Below, one piece after another: positions 12,176 to 21,590 of a stretch of 64,000 nt of DNA. Made by a program: the position numbers and the translations under genes. The notes below the pieces were generated by a model. It saw nothing but the letters and a program-made list of their open reading frames with translations. It did no database searches and was not told the DNA's origin. Within the stretch, counting starts at the first letter, position 1. Each line of letters starts with the position of its first letter. Origin of the DNA: an uncultured Candidatus Saccharibacteria bacterium (GTDB lineage Bacteria > Patescibacteriota > Minisyncoccia > Phycocordibacterales > UBA12088); NCBI GenBank assembly GCA_964409035.1, contig CAYPBQ010000003.1:41530-105529 (forward strand), given 5' to 3'.

Positions 12176-12955
12176 TTATTGAGCTACCTTTCCGGTCTGT
12201 GTATCTACAATAAGTGTAATGATATCAGCAGGAAGCGCTCCACTCATACCAAGCTGGTTTTCAGTAATAACACTGAAGAGTGCGTTACCATACTGTGCGT
12301 TAAAGGACTCTGCAAGCTTCTTCACCTCATCCTTGATAGGCTCCTTGAAGATAAATACAGAGAAAGGTGTACCCGTTCCACCAGCAGCTCTTGCTTCAGC
12401 AAAATCAGTATCAACCTCGTTTTGATAAGTGGTTTCAGTAAGACATGCGCCAAAGGCGTCTTTATCTACACCTGCGCCGCTTGCAAGTGATGGAAGAATA
12501 GCCAAGTCAACCTGGTTATTTGATGGGGTGGTTTCGTAATAGGTGTCAGCAAAGTTCCAAAAGGCATCATTTCCTCCTAGACTTGCAACGCACTCAGAGG
12601 CAAGTGATACAAATGGCGCCTTTGAATGTAGTTCTTGAAGCGGGAAGTGTCGGTACACCCATGCAAGATCACCACTCTTTCCTCTTGTATCCATTACCGT
12701 CTTTAGATCCTTATGGAATCGCTGGCAGAATGGGCATTCAAAATCAGAATATTCAACAATAACAACAGGTGCATCTGGATTGCCACGTAGGTGGTCTGCT
12801 TCACTGACACCACGAATTTCTTTACCGCTTGTAGGTATGGTTGCTGTATTTGGCTCCTCATTTGTGGGTGATGATTTACCCACAAAAAATACTGAAATGG
12901 CAATAATAATTCCTGCTGCAAGAATCGAAAGTGGGATTAGTTTGTTTTGTTCCAT
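12176..12955 (-). CDS. Membrane-anchored DsbA-family thiol-disulfide oxidoreductase
   Basis: N-terminal TM, EYSDFECPFC, YRHFPL, GTP cis-Pro motif. Confidence 0.93.
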   Translation of the reverse strand: MEQNKLIPLSILAAGIIIAISVFFVGKSSPTNEEPNTATIPTSGKEIRGVSEADHLRGNPDAPVVIVEYSDFECPFCQRFHKDLKTVMDTRGKSGDLAWVYRHFPLQELHSKAPFVSLASECVASLGGNDAFWNFADTYYETTPSNNQVDLAILPSLASGAGVDKDAFGACLTETTYQNEVDTDFAEARAAGGTGTPFSVFIFKEPIKDEVKKLAESFNAQYGNALFSVITENQLGMSGALPADIITLIVDTQTGKVAQ

Positions 12956-13043
12956 GAATGATGATGTGTAAAAAATGCGTTCTCAGCTAGTAATTTATAC
13001 CACTATCCTAGCACATTTATTATTGATATGAGAATATAGACAA

Positions 13044-13874
13044 ATGGATATTATTTCAGCTATTACCCCAGGCATTATCCTCGGAATAGTACAGGGAATT
13101 ACTGAGTTTTTGCCAGTTTCCTCAACTGGGCACCTTATTCTCGCGAGAGATATATTTGGTTTTTCTTCAGAAAATGGTTTGGCGCTCGATGCGATGCTGC
13201 ACCTTGCAACCGCAGGGGCAGTGCTTGCGTATTTTTGGCGGGACTTTCTTACCCTTGCCTATAACGCCTATCGTATGGTGGCAAGAAAAGGAGTAGACCC
13301 AGATACAAGAACACTGCTTTTTGCATTGCTACTTGGTACATTGCCCGCAGTAGGTGCGGGATTGTACCTCGAGGGTTATATGGAAACAGTATTTCGCTCT
13401 AGTACGGTAGTTGCCTGGACCCTTATTGTAGGGTCTGTAATTATGTTACTTGCTGAATATACACACAACAATTTGCATAAAAAATCTGTATCGCAGGGTC
13501 GACTAACGGTACGTAAAGGTATTGCAATTGGCTTTTTTCAAGTGCTTGCGCTTATGCCTGGAATGTCTCGCTCTGGAGCAACTATTTCGGGCGGATTACT
13601 ACTTGGCCTATCTCGCGAGACAGCGGCAAGATTTGCATTTCTGCTTTCATTTCCTGTGATACTTGGCGCGGGGCTCAAAAAGTTTATTGAATTGGAGGCG
13701 AATGGCGCACTCGCAAGCGAAGCATCGGTAATTATTGCGGGTTCAATAAGTGCATTTGTGGTTGGATTAGCGGCAATACACTTTATGATTACATTCCTTC
13801 GTTCTCACACACTTATTCCGTTTGTGATCTACCGCGTGGCACTTGCGCTTGGTATTCTCTTTTTTGCAATGTAG
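13044..13874 (+). CDS. uppP: Undecaprenyl-diphosphatase
   Basis: GIVQGITEFLPVSSTGHL, PGMSRSGATI motifs. Confidence 0.97.
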   Translation: MDIISAITPGIILGIVQGITEFLPVSSTGHLILARDIFGFSSENGLALDAMLHLATAGAVLAYFWRDFLTLAYNAYRMVARKGVDPDTRTLLFALLLGTLPAVGAGLYLEGYMETVFRSSTVVAWTLIVGSVIMLLAEYTHNNLHKKSVSQGRLTVRKGIAIGFFQVLALMPGMSRSGATISGGLLLGLSRETAARFAFLLSFPVILGAGLKKFIELEANGALASEASVIIAGSISAFVVGLAAIHFMITFLRSHTLIPFVIYRVALALGILFFAM

Positions 13875-13959
13875 GTTGGAGTAGGGCTTGTAATCAAAGA
13901 TATTGCACAAGTCAATTTTTGTGAGATATTGCATAAAGTAAACAAACAGGAGAAGTGTC

Positions 13960-14184
13960 ATGCGGCCTGAAATCGACGACGTAGTACAGTATTTAGCAAG
14001 AAGAATTGTAGCCGAAACAGGAGTTTCGGAAGAAGTGGCAATATATTGTGTTAGATGTATTTTCTTTCAAGATCTTCCAGCGTTACTTGAAAGCATAGTG
14101 AGTCAAAATGTATTGGATAAACAAAGCGTAGATACCTGTGTATTGTTGTTACGGGTAATAAATGGGATAGTAGAAGCCAAATAA
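13960..14184 (+). CDS. Hypothetical small protein
   Basis: 74-aa ORF with AGGAG upstream and a terminator downstream. Confidence 0.55.
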   Translation: MRPEIDDVVQYLARRIVAETGVSEEVAIYCVRCIFFQDLPALLESIVSQNVLDKQSVDTCVLLLRVINGIVEAK

Positions 14185-14193
14185 ATTTTTTTT

Positions 14194-14220
14194 GAAACCC
14201 CCGTCATTAACGGGGGTTTC
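14194..14220. terminator. Intrinsic terminator between convergent genes
   Basis: GAAACCCCCGT-CATTA-ACGGGGGTTTC hairpin. Confidence 0.75.
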
Positions 14221-14243
14221 GCACATAATTATTTTTGTAAGAG

Positions 14244-14822
14244 TTAAAATGGCAGAGTGTGGGTCATGGCGCCATTTTCGGTTGGTTTCTCCCAGTGACT
14301 TGTATCGAGGTGTATTTTTTTGGTTTCTCCAAAGTCCTTATACTTAACATAACCATGCTTCATTGCATAGTCATACACATCTCTTGTTATTTTTACATCA
14401 TCTATACAGTACTTTCTAATTTTCTCAATTTCGCCTTGCTTCCACCATTCATACGCCTGAAGTCCGTGGCTACTTTTACCAACACCAAGGGTGGCTTCGG
14501 CTACGGCATCTAGCTTGAGTCTTCGCCCGAAAGACTTTTGAATCTCTTTGAGAATATCGAGGCTTTTAATATGGGTAAGGTCGCCAGGGTAGTATTTGTT
14601 TAAAAGCGGTATGTCAAAATGGTCACTATTATAACCTATGAGCATGTCTGCTCGTTCAAGTAGTGGCCACAATTTTGGTAGTTCTTCTTCAAGGTAGCTG
14701 GTAAACTCGTTTGTCTCTGAATCCCAGGCGCAGAGCATTGAGATATCAAGAAGTGTCGGGTCGTTTTTACCGACATCAGAAAAAATATTTTTTGTTTCGA
14801 TATCAAATACTACTTTTCGCAT
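14244..14822 (-). CDS. RNase H-like / DEDD exonuclease-domain protein (YprB-like)
   Basis: VFDIET, GYNSDHFDIP, YCIDDV exonuclease motifs. Confidence 0.85.
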   Translation of the reverse strand: MRKVVFDIETKNIFSDVGKNDPTLLDISMLCAWDSETNEFTSYLEEELPKLWPLLERADMLIGYNSDHFDIPLLNKYYPGDLTHIKSLDILKEIQKSFGRRLKLDAVAEATLGVGKSSHGLQAYEWWKQGEIEKIRKYCIDDVKITRDVYDYAMKHGYVKYKDFGETKKIHLDTSHWEKPTENGAMTHTLPF

Positions 14823-14824
14823 AG

Positions 14825-16150
14825 TTAGGCGGTAGTAGTAAGTAAGGCGCTCGCTATTGCATCTATAGGTAAAATACTTTCTTCTTTTGTGAGCATGTTT
14901 TTTAGTGGGTAGGCATGTGCGTTGCGCTCATTTTCTCCCACAGTAAGTACGAATGGAATTGATTTTTTTGACGCGTATGACACTTGTTCACCAACTTTCT
15001 TATTTGTAACATTTACCACCACTTCCACTCCTTTTGCTCTAAGCTCAGTAGCGATAGTGTGAGCAAACAGGATATCGGCTTCGGTAACAGTGGCAATATA
15101 TAGTTGATGTGCTGATGATAATGCAGGAAGCAAATCATGGGTAGTAAGAAAATCAGCTATGGTGACATCACCCATTCCAAACCCCACCGCGGGAACACTT
15201 TCAACTCCAAATATATCAACCAAGTGGTCGTATCTTCCGCCACCAAAAATGGAACGTCTGTTTTCAGGGTTGGTATCAAATACCTCAAACACCATGCCAT
15301 TATAGTAGTCAAAGCCACGCATAAGCGTAGGAACAAATCTGATGTTGCGTAGTGACAGTGCTTCTAGCTGTGATAGTAGCGCACGCAAATCATTTGCACC
15401 TTCTGAAGATTCAAGCAGTGGCGATTGTTGCAAAAATTCATCAAGAGTTGCTGCTTCAAGCATGGTGGCAAGCATGGTTGCCTTCTCTGGAATAAGTACG
15501 GTGAGGTCACTAAGAAACTCATCCTTGGAGATTTTCTCTTTTTTATCAAGAAGCTTTGCAAGTTTATATCGAGCGTCTGCTTCAAGTGATAACACATCAT
15601 CAAAAAGCGCATTCATGAGACTTCGATGATTGATGCGAATTTCAAAGTCTTCTTCCTTAGCACCAAAGTCCTTCATGATAGTGGAGGCAAGGAGTAGAAT
15701 CTCTGCGTCCGCAGTAACACTTTTTGCGCCAAATAAATCGCAATTTAGTTGCCAATGTTCTCGGAGTCGACCACGTTGTGGGCGTTCGTATCTAAATAGG
15801 TTTGGTATAGAGTACCACCGCAATGGGAAGACAAGCTCCTTTCTCTTGGCGGCTATCATGCGAGCTACTGTTGGGGTCATTTCTGGGCGAAGGGTTACGC
15901 GCCTTTCACCTCTGTCAGTAAATGTGTATGTTTCGTTGTTAACCATCTCCTCTCCGCTTTTGGCTTCATAGAGTTCTGCGCTTTCAAGTACTGAGGCGGT
16001 ATACTCCTCATAGCCAAATTTCTCAGCGCTAGCGCGCATACCATCAGTTATGTAGCGCATAAGGCGCATATCCTCTGGATAGAAGTCTCTTACCCCCTTA
16101 TACGGTTCTTTGCTTATGCGACTTGCGTTTTCTTTCATGATGAGGTTCAT
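14825..16150 (-). CDS. hisS: Histidine--tRNA ligase
   Basis: KGVRDFYP, LRPEMTP, FRYERPQRGRLREHWQ, RGFDYY, GGGRYD; start is ATG 16150 or 16138. Confidence 0.97.
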   Translation of the reverse strand: MNLIMKENASRISKEPYKGVRDFYPEDMRLMRYITDGMRASAEKFGYEEYTASVLESAELYEAKSGEEMVNNETYTFTDRGERRVTLRPEMTPTVARMIAAKRKELVFPLRWYSIPNLFRYERPQRGRLREHWQLNCDLFGAKSVTADAEILLLASTIMKDFGAKEEDFEIRINHRSLMNALFDDVLSLEADARYKLAKLLDKKEKISKDEFLSDLTVLIPEKATMLATMLEAATLDEFLQQSPLLESSEGANDLRALLSQLEALSLRNIRFVPTLMRGFDYYNGMVFEVFDTNPENRRSIFGGGRYDHLVDIFGVESVPAVGFGMGDVTIADFLTTHDLLPALSSAHQLYIATVTEADILFAHTIATELRAKGVEVVVNVTNKKVGEQVSYASKKSIPFVLTVGENERNAHAYPLKNMLTKEESILPIDAIASALLTTTA

Positions 16151-16160
16151 TGTAGCAAAT

Positions 16161-16928
16161 ATGGACAATATGGTGAATCTATACAAAGCACGATTTGAGA
16201 CGCCAAAAGAGTGTCTGGATGCGTTTGTACAATCTCATAAGGAGTATCAAGGGGTAAAGGCTACTTACGCAGGAAGACTCGATCCGCTTGCCGAGGGGGT
16301 ACTTCCAATTCTTTTTGGAGATGCGGTGCATACCAAGGAAGCAGTAACTGTATTGTTAAAGGAGTATCGGGTACAGATACTCTTTGGATTCAGCACAGAT
16401 ACCGCTGATGTTCTTGGTGTACTTGAGAAGGTGGAGCAGGTATCCGCACCTTCACTAGTTGCGCTTCTTAAAGCGCTTGAGAGTTTGATTGGAACACGCG
16501 AGCAGAAATATCCACTCTTCTCTTCAAAGACTGTGAACGGCAAGCAATTACATGAGTACGGTAGAAGTGGTACAGCAGTTAGTGTGCCAAGTCATGTGGT
16601 TACTATAGATTCTATAACTCTTACCACGCTTTCTTCTATTGGCACTAATAACATAGAGTCCCTTGTCCATGCCGCATGTGCTCATGTTCACGGAGACTTT
16701 AGACAAGAAAAAATCAAAGCGATATGGCATGACACACTTAGAAAACTCCCACACGCAACGTTTCCACTCGCGGAGATTACTGTTACGTGCGGTAGCGGAG
16801 CATATATGCGAGTGTTAGCACAGGAGATAGGAGAGGCGCTTAACATTCCTGCGCTTGCCTTTAGTATTGTGAGAACAAGAGTTGGAGACCTTACCTTAGA
16901 CAACGCTATTCATCCACATCTCGGTTAA
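16161..16928 (+). CDS. truB: tRNA pseudouridine(55) synthase
   Basis: AGRLDPLAEGVL with catalytic Asp, FSSKTVNGK, CGSGAYMR; start 16161 or 16170. Confidence 0.88.
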   Translation: MDNMVNLYKARFETPKECLDAFVQSHKEYQGVKATYAGRLDPLAEGVLPILFGDAVHTKEAVTVLLKEYRVQILFGFSTDTADVLGVLEKVEQVSAPSLVALLKALESLIGTREQKYPLFSSKTVNGKQLHEYGRSGTAVSVPSHVVTIDSITLTTLSSIGTNNIESLVHAACAHVHGDFRQEKIKAIWHDTLRKLPHATFPLAEITVTCGSGAYMRVLAQEIGEALNIPALAFSIVRTRVGDLTLDNAIHPHLG

Positions 16929-17523
16929 TCATACGATTAAATTCGTCATCTTCTTCAAATTCAACTCCACTAACTCCTGACTTGCCCTTTTTCTCCTCAG
17001 TTTTGATTTGTATAAGAATATCACGCAGTTTTTCAGGGTGAGATACTCCCTGGAGGGTGAAGTGACGCATTTCTCCTGCGGTTTGTATTTCGATTGTGCC
17101 AAAATTTAGTAATGAGGCAATCACACCATTAACCTCATATGCAACATCTTGGATAAAGTCGAGACGAACATTTGCGACATTTCTATTAAAAAATCCTTTT
17201 TGCTCGATATCAATTAAGCGATGGTTTGTGATTATCCATACATCAAGGTAGTAATCTATCCATACCCAAAATAGGCGCATCCACAGCAACAATGACCAGA
17301 GCGCAAGGCTAAAAATTATAACGGCATTATCTATAGATACCGCTACAATGATTTCTTCTTCTGAGGGTATAAAACGAGATAGCGACACTGATTCTGGGAT
17401 GAAGGGGAGCGCAAGGAAGGGAAGGGCAAGTAGTACGAATATAGGTAGTAACTCGCCAAATAATACAAATACATGCTTGCGGGCAGTGGTTACTATTCTT
17501 TCATCTGGTCCTAAATTAATCAT
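16906..17523 (-). CDS. Membrane protein with bacterial PH (bPH_2) domain
   Basis: Two TM helices then DVWIITNHRLIDIEQKGFF..IQDV..FGTIEIQTAG. Confidence 0.8.
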   Translation of the reverse strand: MINLGPDERIVTTARKHVFVLFGELLPIFVLLALPFLALPFIPESVSLSRFIPSEEEIIVAVSIDNAVIIFSLALWSLLLWMRLFWVWIDYYLDVWIITNHRLIDIEQKGFFNRNVANVRLDFIQDVAYEVNGVIASLLNFGTIEIQTAGEMRHFTLQGVSHPEKLRDILIQIKTEEKKGKSGVSGVEFEEDDEFNRMINRDVDE

Positions 17524-17753
17524 GACGCAATGCTAGACATGCTAATGATGAGTACAAAAAAGAGAAACCCTGACACACCAAAGTATACTAGTAATGCAGT
17601 ACTCATGACGGCATTGCTGACGCTGTACTTTGTGAGGTGGTACACAAACAATAGGCTAAACACCATAAATACAAATGCCACAATATTAAATGCGGCCCCC
17701 ATTGGAGATGTGCCAAATATATCTAGTATGGTGATGTCGCTAAAATTTGTCAT
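17520..17753 (-). CDS. Small two-TM membrane protein
   Basis: Hydrophobic 77-aa ORF overlapping the next gene by 4 nt. Confidence 0.65.
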   Translation of the reverse strand: MTNFSDITILDIFGTSPMGAAFNIVAFVFMVFSLLFVYHLTKYSVSNAVMSTALLVYFGVSGFLFFVLIISMSSIAS

Positions 17754-17756
17754 TGT

Positions 17757-18410
17757 TTATCGTACTTCAATTGATTGCTCCTCATTACATACGCCCTCTG
17801 CCCACAACCCGCGCTTTGCTGCGATGGCATCTTGTTCAATTGCTACAAATCTATCATGCAGCTCGTATGGCGATTGGTACAGATATTCGTACGCAAAACC
17901 ATCTCGTAGCAGTAGCTCATTTATACTTCGTCCATCTGAAAGGTAGGCATAGGCTAGCAACCTACCGTACTTGTCGTAGATGCCTTGGGTTGCATCTGTT
18001 ACTAGTACTACGTCGTGATTACTAATGAGATAGGTGAGATGTTCTGATGCTTCCTTGCCAAAGCACTCTACTGGTTTGTTAGGATGCACCGTCTCTGGAG
18101 TATCAATACCTAGTAGTCGTACCGTAACTGGCTTGTCATTTATTGATACAACAAATGTATCGCCATCAACAACTCGCATCACCTTAGCAATTTTTGGAAA
18201 TGATACCTGACTCTTTGATTGCGATTCAAGGTCAATTACTTCTGCCACTTCTTGCTCGCTTGTGTACTCAGCAACAAGTGCCCCTTGGTCATGAATTTGA
18301 ACATCGTTGGTATCTGCTTCTTGTAGTGTGATTGATCCAGACCACATCAAATACACAAATACAAGCGAGGATACGATGGCGATTGCGGTGTTTAGTGTCT
18401 TTTTATTCAT
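17757..18410 (-). CDS. Thermonuclease (staphylococcal nuclease family), membrane-anchored
   Basis: VVDGDT, VRLLGIDTPE, DKYGRLLAY, AKRGLW. Confidence 0.95.
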   Translation of the reverse strand: MNKKTLNTAIAIVSSLVFVYLMWSGSITLQEADTNDVQIHDQGALVAEYTSEQEVAEVIDLESQSKSQVSFPKIAKVMRVVDGDTFVVSINDKPVTVRLLGIDTPETVHPNKPVECFGKEASEHLTYLISNHDVVLVTDATQGIYDKYGRLLAYAYLSDGRSINELLLRDGFAYEYLYQSPYELHDRFVAIEQDAIAAKRGLWAEGVCNEEQSIEVR

Positions 18411-18412
18411 GG

Positions 18413-18979
18413 CTAAAACACAACCGGAATGGTAAGCGAATCATCATGTTCTGGTAGTCCAGAGGCATTTGCCTTTTTGATAAGAAGATAGCCGCTACCT
18501 GTTGCAGATGTTGGGAAGCTTAGTGTCCCGGTATATGGGACAAAATTTTCAGTCATCCACTCTCCTTGAGCTTCTATATAGCCACTTGAAATAAGCACTC
18601 CACTATTGTTATACAGCTCAACTGGAGCTGTCGCTTCAAAAAACCAATATCCACGCGCCTCGCCCGCAATGATTAATGGATTCATTACTGTGTCACCTGG
18701 GCGTGGGGCAGTGCTTTTGATGAGGTTTGTTTTTTCTAATTCATTACCTATATCTCTGGTGAAGGATGTGCCACTGTTAGTAATACATCGCTCTGGATAT
18801 GACTCAAGGACAGGATAGTAGTGCGCGCATTCTTCAAAGGTGGTAATAGAACTATCTGGTTTTTTGTTTAGCTTTTTTTCTAGCCACATCTTAGGACCAG
18901 GAAAATAAAACACAATAGCCAATATGCCGGTAATCACCAGTAATCCGAGTAGCAGTTGTTGCTTGGTGGTTAATATCAT
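18413..18979 (-). CDS. Membrane-anchored protein with Gmad2-like immunoglobulin domain
   Basis: N-terminal TM, FEEC..YPVLESYPERC, GEARGYWFFEA, WMTENFVP, NASGLPE. Confidence 0.75.
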   Translation of the reverse strand: MILTTKQQLLLGLLVITGILAIVFYFPGPKMWLEKKLNKKPDSSITTFEECAHYYPVLESYPERCITNSGTSFTRDIGNELEKTNLIKSTAPRPGDTVMNPLIIAGEARGYWFFEATAPVELYNNSGVLISSGYIEAQGEWMTENFVPYTGTLSFPTSATGSGYLLIKKANASGLPEHDDSLTIPVVF

Positions 18980-18999
18980 ATATACGAGTATAGCAAATG

Positions 19000-19170
19000 T
19001 TACATTGCTCCGTCCTTCTCATCTTTTGCATATGCCTCTAAGTGCATACCATCAACGCACGAGCAGGGGGTAAGGAGTACTTGATGTTTTGGGCAATCTA
19101 CCGCGGCGCAAGTTTTTTGTGTTGGTGATACTCCTCCACAACCTCCAGTACATACATAGTGTTCTCCCAT
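19000..19170 (-). CDS. Unannotated 56-aa Cys/His-rich putative metal-binding microprotein
   Basis: Manual translation MGEHYVCTGGCGGVSPTQKTCAAVDCPKHQVLLTPCSCVDGMHLEAYAKDEKDGAM; below the ORF track cutoff. Confidence 0.75.
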   Translation of the reverse strand: MGEHYVCTGGCGGVSPTQKTCAAVDCPKHQVLLTPCSCVDGMHLEAYAKDEKDGAM

Positions 19171-19271
19171 ACAATTAGATATTAATTATTGGTTAATACC
19201 TCTAGTGTGGCATGTCTGTCGTATTGAGCAAGAGTATGAAGTGGAATACTCAGTATATAGATAGGTGTTAC

Positions 19272-19310
19272 TTATCCACAGTTGTATACTGAACGAACGT
19301 TCAGTATACT
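19272..19310 (+). promoter_or_regulatory. lexA promoter/operator: TTATCCACA box plus 26-bp palindrome containing GAAC-N4-GTTC, overlapping -10 TATACT
   Basis: GTATACTGAACG-AA-CGTTCAGTATAC at 19284-19309; TATACT 19305-19310 is 6 nt before ATG. Confidence 0.8.
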
Positions 19311-19316
19311 AACTTC

Positions 19317-19889
19317 ATGACACAAAGAGAAGGAAAAATGATTTTAGATTTTTACTACGCAAACAAACGGATGCCCAGCTACCGAGAAATTGCTGATTTG
19401 ATGGGGTATGCGTCTAAAAATGCCGCGTTTTCACTAGTTAGCAAGCTCATCGATGCAGGGTTTATTCAGAAAGACCACACCGGAAAGCTCATTCCAACTC
19501 ATTTATTTAGTGAGGTAAAACTACTCGGTGCGGTTGAGGCGGGATTTCCATCTGTAGCAGAAGAACAGCTTATCGACACCATGTCGATTGATGATTTTTT
19601 AATTGAACATCGAGACGCCTCATATGTACTCACAATAAAGGGTGACTCCATGAAAGATGCTGGAATCATGGAAGGAGATCTTGTCATCGTTGAGCGAAGA
19701 GAAAAGGCAAAGGAAGGATCAATTGTCATTGCCGAGCTAGACGGAGAATGGACTATTAAATATCTTCGGAAAGATAAAACAGGCGCCCAATATCTTGAAC
19801 CAGCAAATGAGAAGTACCCCGATTTATATCCGAAAGAAAGTTTACGAGTGGTAGCGGTGGTAGTGGGAGTTATACGTAAATACAGATAA
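19317..19889 (+). CDS. lexA: LexA repressor (HTH + S24 peptidase)
   Basis: MPSYREIA HTH, VEAGFP Ala-Gly cleavage site, GDSM catalytic Ser, TIKY catalytic Lys. Confidence 0.92.
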   Translation: MTQREGKMILDFYYANKRMPSYREIADLMGYASKNAAFSLVSKLIDAGFIQKDHTGKLIPTHLFSEVKLLGAVEAGFPSVAEEQLIDTMSIDDFLIEHRDASYVLTIKGDSMKDAGIMEGDLVIVERREKAKEGSIVIAELDGEWTIKYLRKDKTGAQYLEPANEKYPDLYPKESLRVVAVVVGVIRKYR

Positions 19890-19897
19890 TAACAAAT

Positions 19898-20035
19898 ATG
19901 AAATCAAAAAAAGTCCCGCAGGTAAAAATACTTCTCTCCTCATTTTGTGCTACGAATCAAGCGCGATGGTGGCGAGAATGGAATTATGATCATTCTCCTC
20001 AAGAAGTGTACGCAAGGGCGGTATCGCTAAGATAA
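19898..20035 (+). CDS. Possible 45-aa microprotein between lexA and dinB
   Basis: MKSKKVPQVKILLSSFCATNQARWWREWNYDHSPQEVYARAVSLR starts 8 nt after the lexA stop; followed by GACGACCCC...GGGGTCGTC stem (20041-20085). Confidence 0.35.
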   Translation: MKSKKVPQVKILLSSFCATNQARWWREWNYDHSPQEVYARAVSLR

Positions 20036-20170
20036 AAAAAGACGACCCCTCAGACGAGATGGGGGCGTCCTAAAATGGGGTCGTCAATTCCAATCAAATG
20101 ACTCCAGAGTGACCTACAAATAGGTTCTTATATACCGGAGTCTTGTATAGCATCACCTGTTTCTAATTTC

Positions 20171-21430
20171 ATGTCCAGCAATTTTCCGCACATTATTCAT
20201 ATAGATGCCGATGCATTTTTTGCATCATGTGAAGAGGCTATGAATCACCGTCTCATTGGAAAGCCGGTAGTAGTAGGGCAGGAGAGAGGTATGGTGACGG
20301 CACTTAATATACACGCTAAACGTATGGGGATAGCACGCGGACTGCCTATTTTTCAAGTAAAAAAAATATGCCCACGCTGTATTATTTTGTCGGGTAATTA
20401 TAGAGCGTATAGCATGTTTTCTTCGCGCATGGCTCGTATCACTAAACGATTTGCGTCCGTAGTGGAGCCTTACAGCGTGGACGAATGTTTTGCTGATATT
20501 GCAGATGATGCTTCATCCCTTGATGAGGCAATATCTCTTGCAAAGGCTCTGTCACATACATTGCACGAGGAATTAGGTATTACATTTTCTCTTGGATTAG
20601 CACCAACAAAAACGCTTGCTAAGGTGGCATCAAAGTGGAACAAGCCACAAGGCTTTACTGTTATTGAATCATCTACCATCGCATCGTTTCTTAATGATAG
20701 ATCAATAGAAGATGTCTGGGGTATTGGTCCTGCACTTGCTCATAAACTCAAGGGGTTAGGAGTAATGACAGCAAATGCTTTTAAAGAGAAGAGTCATGAG
20801 TGGGTACTAGAGCATGTACCTCACAAGCATGAACGTTCGCTGTGGCATGAGTTACGAGGAGAAATAGTATCAGCTGTAAGCAATCAATCGTCACCACCAT
20901 CATCAACTCAGGCATTCAAAAGTTTTAAGGCATTACACGATATTGATATGGTGTATGCTCACTTGGTTAGCAATCTATCTCGCGCAACATTGCGATTGCG
21001 ACATGCTGGGCTTTTTGCATCGAGGGCAAGTTTTCATGTTCGAGACCATAGACGTATGCGTAAATCAATAGATATACAGATTTCGCCATCATCCTCAAAC
21101 CCAAATGCATTTTTAACTGAATTTAAAAAAAGGAGTAAAGAAATACTTATTCCATCAGTGGTGTATACACAAACAGGTGTATCACTGTTTGGTCTTTCTC
21201 CTTACCCGGTATACAGCACTCTCTTTGGTGAAGAAACTACCACCAAGAGATGGCAACAAGCATATTCATCGGTAGATGGAGTAAATGCCGTATATGGCTC
21301 TCACACCATTATGCTTGGTGTTAGTATGCCTCTCGATACAAAATCAAATAAAAAAGCTACATCGATCACAGATATAGCAAAAGGTGACGCGCAGACACTT
21401 ACCATGCCGTATTTAGGAGAGGTATCGTGA
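20171..21430 (+). CDS. dinB: Y-family translesion DNA polymerase (DinB/UmuC-like)
   Basis: HIDADAFFASCE, YSVDE, APTKTLAKVAS..KP, VWGIG. Confidence 0.93.
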   Translation: MSSNFPHIIHIDADAFFASCEEAMNHRLIGKPVVVGQERGMVTALNIHAKRMGIARGLPIFQVKKICPRCIILSGNYRAYSMFSSRMARITKRFASVVEPYSVDECFADIADDASSLDEAISLAKALSHTLHEELGITFSLGLAPTKTLAKVASKWNKPQGFTVIESSTIASFLNDRSIEDVWGIGPALAHKLKGLGVMTANAFKEKSHEWVLEHVPHKHERSLWHELRGEIVSAVSNQSSPPSSTQAFKSFKALHDIDMVYAHLVSNLSRATLRLRHAGLFASRASFHVRDHRRMRKSIDIQISPSSSNPNAFLTEFKKRSKEILIPSVVYTQTGVSLFGLSPYPVYSTLFGEETTTKRWQQAYSSVDGVNAVYGSHTIMLGVSMPLDTKSNKKATSITDIAKGDAQTLTMPYLGEVS

Positions 21431-21590
21431 ATAGAAGTGGATATGACGCTTTTATGGAGACACACACATGGTACACTTATACTGCTGTACGTAATAATTG
21501 CCATTACATCGTAACTAATTAGCAGTAAGCCTTACTACTATAAAAAAGGAATCCAATAACAAAACAGTCTCCAGTGCAGATAAAGCTTCA

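Noticed and set aside
19272-19280. Replication origin from DnaA box
   Set aside because: Isolated single boxes, no cluster, no dnaA/dnaN nearby
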